This document shows positions 49,701 to 60,537 of a stretch of 64,000 nt of DNA, piece by piece (within the stretch, counting starts at the first letter, position 1; each line of letters opens with the position of its first letter). A program made the translations under genes and the position numbers. The notes below the pieces were generated by a model. The model saw only the letters and a program-made list of their open reading frames with translations. It ran no database searches and was not told the origin of the DNA. The stretch is from Macrostomum hystrix (taxonomy: Eukaryota; Animalia; Platyhelminthes): assembly GCA_950097015.1 (NCBI GenBank), contig CATNEN010000015.1, positions 1,054,001-1,118,000 of the forward strand. Direction: 5' to 3'.

Positions 49701-52700
49701 TGTTGCACGGCTCATTCTGTGTTGCACTGCTCATTCTGTGTTGCACTGCTCATTCTGTGTGTTGCACGGCTCATTTTGTATGTTGCACGGCTCATTCTCT
49801 ATGTTGCACGGCTCATTCTGTGTGTTGCACGGCTCATTCTGTGTGTTGCACGGCTCATTCTGTGTGTTGCACGGCTCATTCTGTGTGTTGCACGGCTCAT
49901 TCTGTGTGTTGCACGGCTCATTTTGTATGTTGCACGGCTCATTCTGTATGTTGCACCCCACTTGACCATCTCAATCTGCGCAGGTGACTCACCTGCTCGC
50001 TGAGGTAGAAGCCGCACGCGGCCGCCCATTGGCCGGAGGTGCTGGGGATGCCAGCTCAGAGGCTGAGGCGGCCCAGCCTGACAGGTTAGATAACCAGCAG
50101 ATGGATGAGGGCAGCGGAGGCGGCTCTCTGCTATCTGAGCAGCCTCAATCGACTCAAGATGTCATCAGTAGTTCGCTGCTGACCTTCTCGGACATTGGCC
50201 AGCTTCAGCAGCGCAACATCGGCCTGGTGGAGGCGTCGCGCGAGCTGGCCGCCAGGTTGGAGGTTCTGGAGCGGGAACGCAGCGACGCTAGCGAGCTCCG
50301 GCTGCGGCTGGAGGCGGCCACATCCGAGCTGGAGTTGGCCCGCACCGCTGAGAGGCAGCACCGAGACCTGCTGCGCGTGGCCAGTCAGCAGCGGGACATG
50401 TACAAGGTGAGCACTGCTTCCTCTTCTCATGCTGAGTTCTTCATCCGGTTTCATCCTGAGTCCCCTAGGTTTCACCCTGAGTCCCCTAGGTTTCATCCTG
50501 AGTCCCCTAGGTTTCACCCTGAGTCCCCTAGGTTTCATCCTGAGTCCCCTAGGTTTCACCCTGAGTCCCCTAGGTTTCACTCTGAGTTCATGAGGTTTCA
50601 TCCTAAATTCATGATGTTTCATCCTGAGTTCATGAGGTTTCATTCTTTCTTGATTTCTGAAGCTTTTATCATCAGAATCAACGACCTCTATCTGAGTCGT
50701 TAGAAACTAATTATAAACGCGCAACCCTTTACTTATAAGTAGACTAGCTAGCAAAAATTGTATTTGATAGCCAGCAATTCTCATATTCGTTCGCAGCTGC
50801 TACTGGAATCCGCCAAGAATTCTTCCGCCACTGATTCGGCTGCCGCTGCGGCTGCTGCGGCCCCAGTTTCCACAGAGACCAGTCAGCAGCAGCAACAGTC
50901 CTCATCCTCGGCCAGCAGCGCAGCGCTCGTTGCCGCCCACGCCGAGCTGTCAGCCGTTCGCTCCCAGCTGGCTGAGCGGGATCGTCAGCGCGCCGTTGAG
51001 CTGGAGGGCGCCCGCGCCGAACTCCTCGAGGCGCGCCGCACCGGCTCCCGCTTGTCTGCCCGCCTAGAGGCCGCTCAGCGACGCGCCGAGCTTGGCGAGG
51101 CCGGCTGCGCGCGCTATCGCCGCGAGATTGACATCTTGCGCGAGATGAACGAGAAGTATGCGGGCATGCTGGCCAGGCACGAGCGGGAAGCCGTGCAACT
51201 GCAGGCCCAGCTCATTGACCGGGCCGAGTCCAGGGCCCGGTTGGAGGCCCAGCTGGAGTTGGCCCGTCAGCAGGCCAAGGCGCTGAGAGCTGCCGAGGCG
51301 AGGCTAACTGTGGAGTGTGAGCAGCTGAGGCAGGACCGGCTGAGGCAAGGCCTGCTCATGACCAGCCTGCAGGCTGTGCAGGTGAGTCTGCTGAGAGTCA
51401 GCCAGGACGTCTGGCCTTCTTTGCACCTGTGAGGTGTGGGTTGCATAGAACTCAATTAGTGAGCATGTAGCACAGTGTTTAAATATACGAGATTCGGACC
51501 TATAGGTCATGGGTTCGAATCCATGTTTTTAACAGTAGAAAGACAACGGCAGTAGTTCAAATATCCGCTGCCTACTAGCTCCCAAATCTAATGACCGATT
51601 TTCCGGAAAGTTTTCCGCCCTCAGCCGTTGAGTCAGCATCGTCGAGATGATTCAAGTGATTCTTGTCGAAGAACCGGTTGGCAAGGACAACTAACGTAGC
51701 TCTGCATAAACCTCAATGGCGAATCCAAATTGGTTTGAATTTTACCCCGTGTTCTAAAAATCTGGCTATTTTAAATACCTCCTTGATCTTACTACTGTTA
51801 AAAGTGGCTGCAATATGGGTACCGACGTCAGCTGCAGCTTTGCGGCTGGCTTTACATCTCGTGAGCCCTTCTTCAGGGCGCCTTCCGCTTGTTTTCCTAC
51901 ACACAATGTGGCGCAGTTCATCGCTTATGAATTATTTGCAAAACTAGCCTCGTCGGAATTCCCCAGGTCAACCTGGAGAAACGCGACCAAGAAGTTCGCC
52001 TGGCTGCCGAAGCTCGAGTGTCGGCAGCTACTGAGCGGGCCGCATCCCTGGAACGCCGATTGGCCGATGCCGTGTCCGCAGCGTCAGCCGAGCGGTCAGC
52101 TGCCGAGGCAGCGGCTGCCAACTCCGCCAAGCAGCTGGCAGAGCTCTCCGAGCGCCTGGCCGCAGCTCAGGCCCGGCTGAAATCTGCCGAGGAGCTGGCC
52201 GCCAACTCTGCGGCCGCAGCTGCCGCCGCCGGAGTCAAGACTGCCGCTGCCGAGGAGGACTCGGCGTCAGCGGAGCAGCCGGAGCCTGTCGACGCTTCGG
52301 GCCAGACGGCTTCCGCTCTCGCCAGCGAGCAGGAGCTGGGGGCCCTGCGGGAGCGAGTGCAGGCCCTGGAGCGAGACTGCGACTTCCTCAGAGGCCAGGT
52401 GGACAATTATCGGGCCATGGCGGAGGGCGCCGAAGCTCGCCTCACTCAGCAAGCCGAGGAGCACGCGGCGGCTCTGGCCGAAGCCGAGAGTCGTCTCAAA
52501 GAGAGGCAGGAGTCCATTGACTACTATCGGTGAGCTGCGCCTTGGACTAACTTCTTTTATGATACTAATGCTGCTAGATATTTAGTTGTTCTTCCCAATG
52601 TCTGTCAGTGCAGTCTATCGCGTTCGCGTATCGCGCACCAAGGTCGATTCTGCGGCGACGCCACATGACGTCAAGAAGGCTTGAAGGCTTGTCGAGAAAT

Positions 52701-55700
52701 TTAGGCACAATGAGAGTGTACACTGCCTGATGATGAGAATTCAGGTACACACCTTTGTGAGGGTGTGTTCAGGAGTCGGCGAAGAGGGCAGAATTGCCTC
52801 GTCGCTTACTGCGGGTCTAGTGTCACCCAATGATGAGCTATTGTCCACAGCCCTTCTGAAATTATTGTTTTTATTATTGTATTATATTTTATAAAATTTA
52901 CTTGTCCTCTTCTGCAATATCCTTCTCCTACTCCCTCTGCGAAGCTTTCTTGTTCCCCAATCCCATGTGTGATGAGATTTCTCTAACCACAGTGTTCCTC
53001 ACCGCTGAACCCGAAGCGCCCAGCTGGACAGCCTGGAGCGGGAGCGCCAGTCGCTGGTGAGCGATCGCTTCAAGCAGACCGAGGAGGCCCACGCCATGAA
53101 CGCCGACCTGCGTAAGCAGCTGCACGACCGGCAGCAGGAGCTGCAGGCGGCTCTGGATCGCCGCAACGCCGCTGTCGGAGCCGAGGAGCGGGCGAAGGCG
53201 CGGGCTGCTAGAGAGGCCGCCAAAGCAGCGGAGGCCGACAATAAGTACCAACAGGAGCTGCTGCTGCACGCCGCCGATGCCCAGGCGATGCAGGCGGTGC
53301 GCAAGGAGCTGGCCGAAGCTGAGCGGCGCTGCCAGGAGGCTGGCGAATCGGCGCGCCGTGCCAGCGCCGAGGCACAGCAGAGAATCGCGACCTTGACAGC
53401 CGAGGTCGATCGGCTTAAGGCGGCCAAGGCGGACGCTGAGGCGAAGCTCACTCAGCTGGCGGGCGACTTCAGCGAAGCCAGGAAGCGACTGCTGGCGACT
53501 GAAGAGGGGACCGCCCAGTCAGCTGCTTCAACAGGCGCAGGTCGCGGGGGTGTTGCCAAGGAGCTGGCTGGCCAGCTGCAGGTGAGACGATATTGCCCTA
53601 AAAATAAACAATCAGCAAATAGGACAATATGGTTCATAGTCATTCACTTATTCAGCATGTTCACCACCATTGTCCTTGCCGACGATGCGCCAGGCCTCTG
53701 GTTCCGGTACCCACGCTCTTGAGTCCGCATTGCGTACCGCTCCATTGCAAGCAGCTTCGTTGTGCTCAATGCTGTCGAATCGATTGACCCGAAGGGGCTT
53801 CTTCACAGTTGGAAATAGATACTTGTCACAAACGTGAGAAGTCATGCGAATAGGGTGGATGCTGAAGCACTTCCCAGCCCCATCTAGTTAGAAGATCCAC
53901 GAAATTGTGCTTGCGATGTGCTGGTGCATTATCATGCAACAGACCACACCAGATTCCAGCAAGCCAGGACGCTTCTTTCGAATCGCTGGACGCAACTTCT
54001 GCTGGATCCACTTGAGTAGTGCCCATTGACGGTGGTTCCATGGGGCACTGCCCAGTTGAGATAGACTCCGTGGGCATCAAAAAACATAATGTGCATGACC
54101 TTCAGCGCGCCCTGCTTCCTGATTGCCTTCTGTGGCCTCGGAGAATCAGCCGGAAACCATTCAGCAGACTGGGCCTGTGTTTCAGGATCCCAGCTGTAAA
54201 TCCACGTTTCATTTCCGGCCACAATTCTCAGAAGAAATTTGTCTCTGTGAAAGCGACGCAGGTGGTTAGTGGCAGCTAGAGCTCGCTGCATCTTCTGCTC
54301 ACCTGTCAGAAGGTGCGGCACCCACTTGCAAAACTTCTTCTACGGGTCGAGACGCTCAGTCCGAATGGTATATATACTGCCAACTGACACTCCTACCTCT
54401 TCTGCCAGCTCTTCGCTTGTCCGTCGCCGATTATTATCCAGGAGCTCTTGGACTTTCTTCATCTTGGTTGCTGGCAGTCATTGGCTTTCCTGAACGATCA
54501 TTGTTTTCAATGCTTTCTCTCCGTAAACAACCGGCACCACTTGCGAACCGTCTGCTCAGTTTGTGCGTTGCTGCAAAATACTTGCTGAAGCTCTCGGAAC
54601 ATCTCCGGAGGCTTTTCCTTTTGCAGAAATTGAAACTTCATGACAATTCTAACGTCTTGTTTCGAGAATGATTCCGCCATTGCCAATAATTCAATGGGTA
54701 GCAGTAAAGAAGAGAGCGAAGCTCAGGCATGGTTGCAAGCTAAGGCTTAAAGTCTTAAACCGAAAATAGCTTTTTTAATGTACGCCGTAAATTTTAAAAC
54801 CTTCTTTTAGGGGCTTCGGCTAGGACACGCGGGCCCGCGGGCCTGGTGCGGCACTTAAAGCTCCCCTGTCTCAACCCTCCCCTGTCTCATCTCTCCCCCG
54901 TCTCATCTCTCCCCTGTCTCATCTCTCCCCTGTCTCATCTCTGCCTGTCTCATCTCTCTCCTGTCTCATCTCTCCCCTGTCTCATCTCTCCCCTGTCTCA
55001 ACCCTCCCCTGTCTCATCTCTCCCCTGTCTCATCTCTCCCCTGTCTCATCTCTCCCCTGTCTCATCTCTCCCCTGTCTCATCTCTCCCCTGTCTCATCTC
55101 TCCCCTGTCTCATCTCTCCCCTGTCTCATCTCTGCCTGTCTCATCTCTCCCCTGTCTCATCTCTCCCCTGTCTCATCTCTCCCGTCTCATCTCTCCCCTG
55201 TCTCATCTCTCCCCTGTCTCATCTCTCTCCTGTCTCATCTCTCTCCTGTCTCATCTCTCCCTGTCTCAACCTTGTGTCTATCACACTGGGAGTTAATGAG
55301 AATCATTTAGAGTGGTTCATTCATTCACAGCACAACATAAAAAAATTCATCACCCTAAGCTATTATTCTCGAGGCACACAGTGACAGTTGGAGTGCTCAA
55401 GTGTAGTATGATTATTATGGTAATTATCGCCAATCGCTTAGCTAAAATCCCAAATCCCACGCAGGATCGAGTCCGTCAGGTGGCGGAGTTCCAGGCTGCC
55501 GCGGCCCGCGCCGAGTCAGCGCGTCTCGCGCGCCAGCTCGAGTCCACTCGCGCCGCCCTGGACGAGGCTCGTTCCGCGTTGGTGGCCTCGGCCGCGGTGC
55601 CCTCTCGCCAGCTGGTGGACGCCGATGAGCGCGCCGAGCTGGTCCGCGCCCGCGAGCAGATCAGCCTGCTGACGGAGAGCAACCGGCTGCTGCGGCAGGA

Positions 55701-58383
55701 GGAGGCCAGGTGGCGCTCCCGCACCGCCGAGCTCACCAGCCGGGCTGACGAGCTGGCGAATCAGCTGGCTCCGCTTCGAGCTCAGCTGGCGGCGGCTGCC
55801 AGTCAACAGACCGAAGCCGAGGAATCTGCCAGGCTGCTCACCGAGGAGCGAAATCGGTGGCGCGATCGCTGCCAGGAGCTGCTGGAGAAGACTGAGCGCA
55901 TGGACGCTGATCAGTACAAGCAGGCCTGCGCTGAGAGGGACGCCCTGCAGGTTGGTTAGAGCTGGAGACCTGGGAGCGTCGATGATTCCAACCTTCTTAG
56001 AAGCACTTGAGAAGATCTTGAGCATACCCTCAACCCCCGCTACAGATTCAGGTCGAGAGCCTCAAGGAGGAGGTTGAAGGCCTGAACGCGGACATCGCCG
56101 ACTTGAACAACCAGCTAGAGGAGACGACCGAGAAATTCGACGCGCTGACAGTCGAGCAGGAGTCGGCCAAGGCTCGCCTAGCTTCCGTCATTAGCGAACG
56201 GGACGACATCGACCAGGTGCTGGCGCAGAAAGTCAAGGAGCTTGAGGAGCTGACCGCCGACCGTGACAGGCTGGCTCGAACTGTGGAGGAGCAGCGGGAG
56301 AGGTACAAGCGGGTGCAGGAGGTTGCCAGGAAGTACAAGCAGGAGGCCGTGGACCTGCGCACAGGCAAGGACGGCGGCGATACTGAGGTGGCTCGGCTTC
56401 GGGAGCGGGTGAGCTGGCTGACATTGGCCTAATAATGATAATAATGATAATAATTGCAGGAGGGCTGCGGGCAATGGCACACATCATTTGGTGACACTAG
56501 ACCCGCAGCCAACGAGAAGGCAATTCTGCCACTCCTGAGCACACACGCACACAGATGCTGTACGCTGGCACGCACTCAAACATGTGTGCACATCTGCCCT
56601 GACTCTCTCATCGTCAGGCAGTGTACGATCTCACTGTGCTTTGAAGGTTGCCCTTCATTGGCCTAAATTTCACGACAAGCCCCCAAGTAAATGTGACCTC
56701 GAACTTTGGGGCCTTGGAGCGAGAGGCAAATGCGTTAGACCGCTCTGCCGCCGACCCCAGTTGTCTGAGAATCCGCGCATCCCCGCCCTAACCCCGCAGG
56801 TGTCAGAGATGGAGGCCGCCGTTAACTCCGCTCGCGCCGAGTCCCAGACCGAAGTCGACCGCTTCAAAGACGAAGCCGCAGAGGCCCGCATGCGCACGGC
56901 TGCAATTGAGAATCACTCCAAGAAGCTGCAGGCTGACAATGCCGCTCTGCGATCTCGGGTGGCGGAGCTCGAGGCTCAGCTCAAGGAGCTGCAGCAACAG
57001 CAGCAACAGCAAAAAGTCAGCCTGAAGCGCCCATCTTCAATGCCATCCGGCGACAGAGGAGACGAACAGGCAGGCGACTTGGGTGACGATGATGACGAGT
57101 CGACAAAGCCCAAGCGAGCCCGTCAGGAAACTGACGATGCGGAACCGGAACAGCGCTCCGTCGCACCGAATGTGTTGGAGACAAATCGAGACACCAAGGC
57201 AGTAATGGAAACTGGTCCGGAAGTTCAGCCTGAGCTGCAGACTGAAGTGGAAGCGCGAATGCAGCCAGAGGAGGAAACTCTGGAACAACATGTTAAAGGC
57301 AATGAGGAAACACCAGCTGAGGACGAGCAGCCAGCCGAAGGCGAGGAAGTTGAGCCCGAATCTGAGCAGGAAATCGAGCAGCAGGCTGCTGTCGAGGAGG
57401 CGGTACAGTCGGTCGACTTCTTCGAAGAAGCCGCAACAGGTGACTTCGCCGAGGACGCAGGTGACTTCATCGAAGCCAACGACGCTGAGCAAGCGGATGC
57501 TGAGGCCGCTGTGGACGTGATCTGTATTGATGAATCTGTCAGCGTGGAGGATGAGGCTGAAGCTGAAGGTCAGAACCAAATTGAGGATCTGCAGCAGCAG
57601 CAGCAGGAGGATGAGCAGCAGCAGCAGGAGGAGTATGAGCAGCAGCAGGAGGATGAGCAGAAGCAGCAGGAGGAGGATGAGCAGCAGCAGGAGGAGGAGG
57701 ATGAGCAGCAGCAGCAGCAGCAGGAGGATGAGCAGCAGCAGCAGCAGCAGGAGGAGGATGAGCAGCAGGAGGATGAGCAGCAGCAGGAGGATGAGCAGCA
57801 ACAGGAGGAGGATGAGCAGAAGCAGCAGGAGGATGAGCAGCAACAGGAGGAGGATGAGCAGCAGCAGGAGGATGAGCAGCAGCAGGAGGAGGATGAGCAG
57901 CAGCAGCAGCAGGAGGCACAACAACATGAAAATTTCGGTGGCGAAGTGTGCTTAACTCCCAGTCAGGCTGATGATGCATCGAAGGAGGAAACTCAGCCTT
58001 CTACCGACGCGGTAGTTTCGTCGGCCTCCGATACGCTCAAGACAGCTTCGCCGGCTCTTGCAGCTGTCGCTACCGTTGGCCAGTCATCGTCTACTCAACG
58101 ACCTCGCATTGAGCCGATCGTCTGGTCCTTGTCTTCTGAACCTGGAGCCGCCGCCGCCACCGCACCCGCTTCTGCCGCGCCTTCACTATCCAGCAGGTCG
58201 CTTCCGGCTCCGCGTCGTGCCTGGGGGCAGCAGCAGCAGCATGTTGTGCCCACCATCGCCAGCACCCGGGGCGCCTTTGTCGGTGGTGCCGGACATCGCG
58301 GCAGAGGGCAGCAGCAGCAGGGTGCAACTGGAGTCGCTCGCCGCCAAAGTCGGCTGACCATTCAGCGGAAGCCGCTGCCGTGA
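43720..58383 (+). CDS. TPR: Nucleoprotein TPR (Megator/Mlp), nuclear-basket coiled-coil protein, 10 exons
   Basis: Exons: 43720-44248, 47634-48003, 48716-49316, 49984-50406, 50797-51381, 51967-52529, ~53017-53581 (weak AAG acceptor, uncertain), 55465-55950, 56046 or 56052-56408, 56800-58383. TPR-like motifs: SEQAVFDAEAR, RGKTLTQIYAEHVEVQGQL..LEEIQAKVPLLRRRQEEY, VISSSLLTFSDIGQLQQRN, QQRDMYK, KYQQELLLHAAD, LLTESNRLLRQE, EERNRWRDRCQEL. The tail is acidic. Confidence 0.92.
44354..47581. repeat. 29-bp satellite (ATCCCAGATCCT(C/A)AGATTCAGATAGAA(TC/CA))n, 111 units, TPR intron 1
   Basis: The distance between the first and last TCCCAGAT (44355 and 47574) is 3219 = 111x29. Confidence 0.97.
48165..48603. 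repeat. 19-bp minisatellite (TGTACAGTCTGTTATTCAC)n, TPR intron 2
   Basis: Read directly. It explains the LFTVQSVIHC repeat ORFs. Confidence 0.93.
49345..49956. repeat. 21/19-bp minisatellite (TG(TG)TTGCACGGCTCATTC)n, TPR intron 3
   Basis: Read directly. It contains a 225-bp higher-order duplication, marked by the GCAAGG variant at 49461 and 49686. Confidence 0.93.
50432..50645. repeat. 21-bp minisatellite (GGTTTCA(T/C)CCTGAGTCCCCTA)n, TPR intron 4
   Basis: About 6 near-perfect units plus decayed copies, giving the FHPESPR repeat in the read-through ORF. Confidence 0.9.
51461..51750 (+). mobile_element. Candidate tRNA-derived SINE (second family), TPR intron 5
   Basis: An A-box-like TAGCACAGTGTTTAA is followed by the B-box GGTTCGAATCC. 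There is no proper cloverleaf. The 3' boundary is a guess. Confidence 0.4.
52600..52888 (+). mobile_element. tRNA-headed SINE-like repeat, copy B, TPR intron 6
   Basis: Colinear similarity to the reverse complement of 56431-56758: GCAGTCTATCGCG..CCAAGG, GGCTTGTCGAGAAATTTAGGC, CTGCCTGATGATGAG, GGCAGAATTGCCT, GTCTAGTGTCACCCAATGATG, CAGCCCT, and an ATT-rich tail. Confidence 0.75.
53590..54790 (-). mobile_element. Degenerate mariner (DD34D) element in TPR intron 7; transposase pseudogene ~54680 to ~53640
   Basis: Minus-strand fragments MAESFSKQDVRIVMKFQFL, KWVPHLL, IVAGNETWIY (first D changed to N), LLHDNAPAH and LQHPPYSHDF with stops and frameshifts. Repairing one frameshift gives D34D spacing. 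TIRs are only weakly recognisable, so the boundaries are approximate. Confidence 0.88.
54862..55270. repeat. 16-bp minisatellite (TCTCATCTCTCCCCTG)n, ~25 units, TPR intron 7
   Basis: Read directly. It is preceded by GGCCCGCGGGCCTGGTGCGGC, which resembles the subterminal region of the hAT MITE at 30267. Confidence 0.93.
56431..56758 (-). mobile_element. tRNA-headed SINE-like repeat, copy A (most complete), filling most of TPR intron 9
   Basis: The minus strand begins GGGGTCGGCGGCAGAGCGGTCTAACGC (A-box-like) ..AGTTCGAGGTCAC (B-box-like). The body is shared with copy B and ends in an (ATT/ATC)n tail. Confidence 0.75.
57589..57920 (+). repeat. Coding tandem repeat (E/Q-E-D-E-Q3-6)n in the TPR acidic tail
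   Basis: GAGGATGAGCAGCAG repeats lie in the frame of TPR exon 10. Confidence 0.85.
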
Positions 58384-58864
58384 CCAAAGCAATGTCTTGA
58401 TACCAAAATCTTATCCCAGTTCTAGTTTTAGAAGTTCCCAAATAAGATACCTCCTGTGTTGTCTTATTAGGTCTGACTGTAACAACACCGGTTCTGCCAT
58501 ATTCAACAATCCTTCAAAAAGTGCCATCAGTTAGTATAAATAATGCCATTTTTCCTAAAGCAACACAATTATCCCAATGCCTAATCTGTTCGCATTTACG
58601 TTAATAATGAAAGCAGCCCATCTTATTGTTATAATTTATTGATTCTATTTGATCCCGTACTGCTCCCTAGGATTCGTATATTGCTGCCATCATGAGCTGT
58701 TTAGCATTCTTCTATAAATAATTGTTCAACTGGGTGTGTTTGCCAACATACTTGCATATTAAAGTGCAAATGCCTGTGAATCTTATTCAACTTATCTTAT
58801 TATTTTTTGTCAGATCTTTTTCGTTATTTGTCTGTTATCAGCGATCCCTTTCTTACCACACAGT

Positions 58865-60418
58865 CTCAGATTCCTGATTCAGGCATTCCTTATCCCATGC
58901 TCAAGCATTCCTGATCCCATGCTCAGGTATTCCTGATCCCATGCTCAGGCATTTCTGATCCCATGCTCAGACATTCCTTATCCCATGCTCAAGCATTCCT
59001 GATCCCATGCTCAAGCATTCCTGATCCCATGCTCAGGTATTCCTGATCCCATGCTCAGGCATTTCTGATCCCATGCTCAGACATTCCTTATCCCATGCTC
59101 AGGTATTCCTGATCCCATGCTCAGGTATTCCTGATCCCATGCTCAGGTATTCCTGATCCCATGCTCAGGTATTCCTGATCCCATGCTCAGGTATTCCTGA
59201 TCCCATGCTCAAGCATTTCTGATCCCATGCTCAGACATTCCTTATCCCATGCTCAAGCATTCCTGATCCCATGCTCAGGTATTCCTGATCCCATGCTCAG
59301 GTATTCCTGATCCCATGCTCAGGTATTCCTGATCCCATACTCAGGGATTTCTGATCCCATGCTCAAGCATTTCTGATCCCATGCTCAGGTATTCCTGATC
59401 CCATGCTCAGACATTCCTGATCCCATGCTCAAGTATTCCTGATCCCATGCTCAGGTATTCCTGATCCCATGCTCAGTCATTTCTGATCCCATGCTCAGAC
59501 ATTCCTTATCCCATGCTCAAGTATTCCTGATCCCATGCTCAGGTATTCCTGATCCCATGCTCAGGTATTCTTGATCCCATGCTCAAGCATTTCTGATCCC
59601 ATGCTCAGACATTCCTTATCCCATGCTCAAGCATTCCTGATCCCATGCTCAGGTATTCCTGATCCCATGCTCAGGTATTCCTGATCCCATGCTCAGGTAT
59701 TCCTGATCCCATACTCAGGGATTTCTGATCCCATGCTCAAGCATTTCTGATCCCATGCTCAGGTATTCCTGATCCCATGCTCAGACATTCCTTATCCCAT
59801 GCTCAAGTATTCCTGATCCCATGCTCAGGTATTCCTGATCCCATGCTCAGGTATTCCTGATCCCATGCTCAAGCATTTCTGATCCCATGCTCAGACATTC
59901 CTTATCCCATGCTCAAGCATTCCTGATCCCATGCTCAGGTATTCCTGATCCCATGCTCAGGTATTCCTGATCCCATGCTCAGGTATTCCTGATCCCATAC
60001 TCAGGGATTTCTGATCCCATGCTCAAGCATTTCTGATCCCATGCTCAGGTATTCCTGATCCCATGCTCAAGTATTCCTGATCCCATGCTCAAGTATTCCT
60101 GATCCCATGCTCAGGTATTCCTGATCCCATGCTCAGGTATTCCTGATCCCATGCTCAAGCATTTCTGATCCCATGCTCAGACATTCCTTATCCCATGCTC
60201 AAGCATTCCTGATCCCATGCTCAGGTATTCCTGATCCCATGCTCAGGTATTCCTGATCCCATGCTCAGGTATTCCTGATCCCATGCTCAGGCATTTCTGA
60301 TCCCATGCTCAGACATTCCTTATCCCATGCTCAGGTATTCCTGATCCCATGCTCAGGTATTCCTGATCCCATGCTCAGGGATTTCTGATCCCATGCTCAA
60401 GCATTTCTGATCCCATGC
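58865..60418. repeat. 22-bp satellite (ATTCCTGATCCCATGCTCAGGT)n, ~70 units, between TPR and the TRAF-like gene
   Basis: Unit starts at 58885 and 60403 differ by 1518 = 69x22. Confidence 0.97.
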
Positions 60419-60537
60419 CCAGGAATGCAGCTACACTAGTCTAGTATTGACCTCCTCAGTTGCAGTTCCATAGCCAAGTGCAGACCCAACAGAGGTTGTC
60501 ATGGCAACACCAGTGAAACCCAATCGCTAACCCGCAG

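Noticed and set aside
48150-50003. 617-aa ORF as a single protein
   Set aside because: It is a chance read-through of intron 2 and intron 3 satellites around the true TPR exon 48716-49316, which has canonical splice sites.
50407-50703. TPR isoform ending in (FHPESPR)n
   Set aside because: It lies behind a canonical GTGAG donor, and TPR homology resumes at 50797. There is no evidence for retention.
57037-57979. Poly-Leu, poly-Ser/Arg and HPPAAA ORFs
   Set aside because: They are antisense or alternative-frame shadows of the CAG/GAG-rich TPR exon 10.
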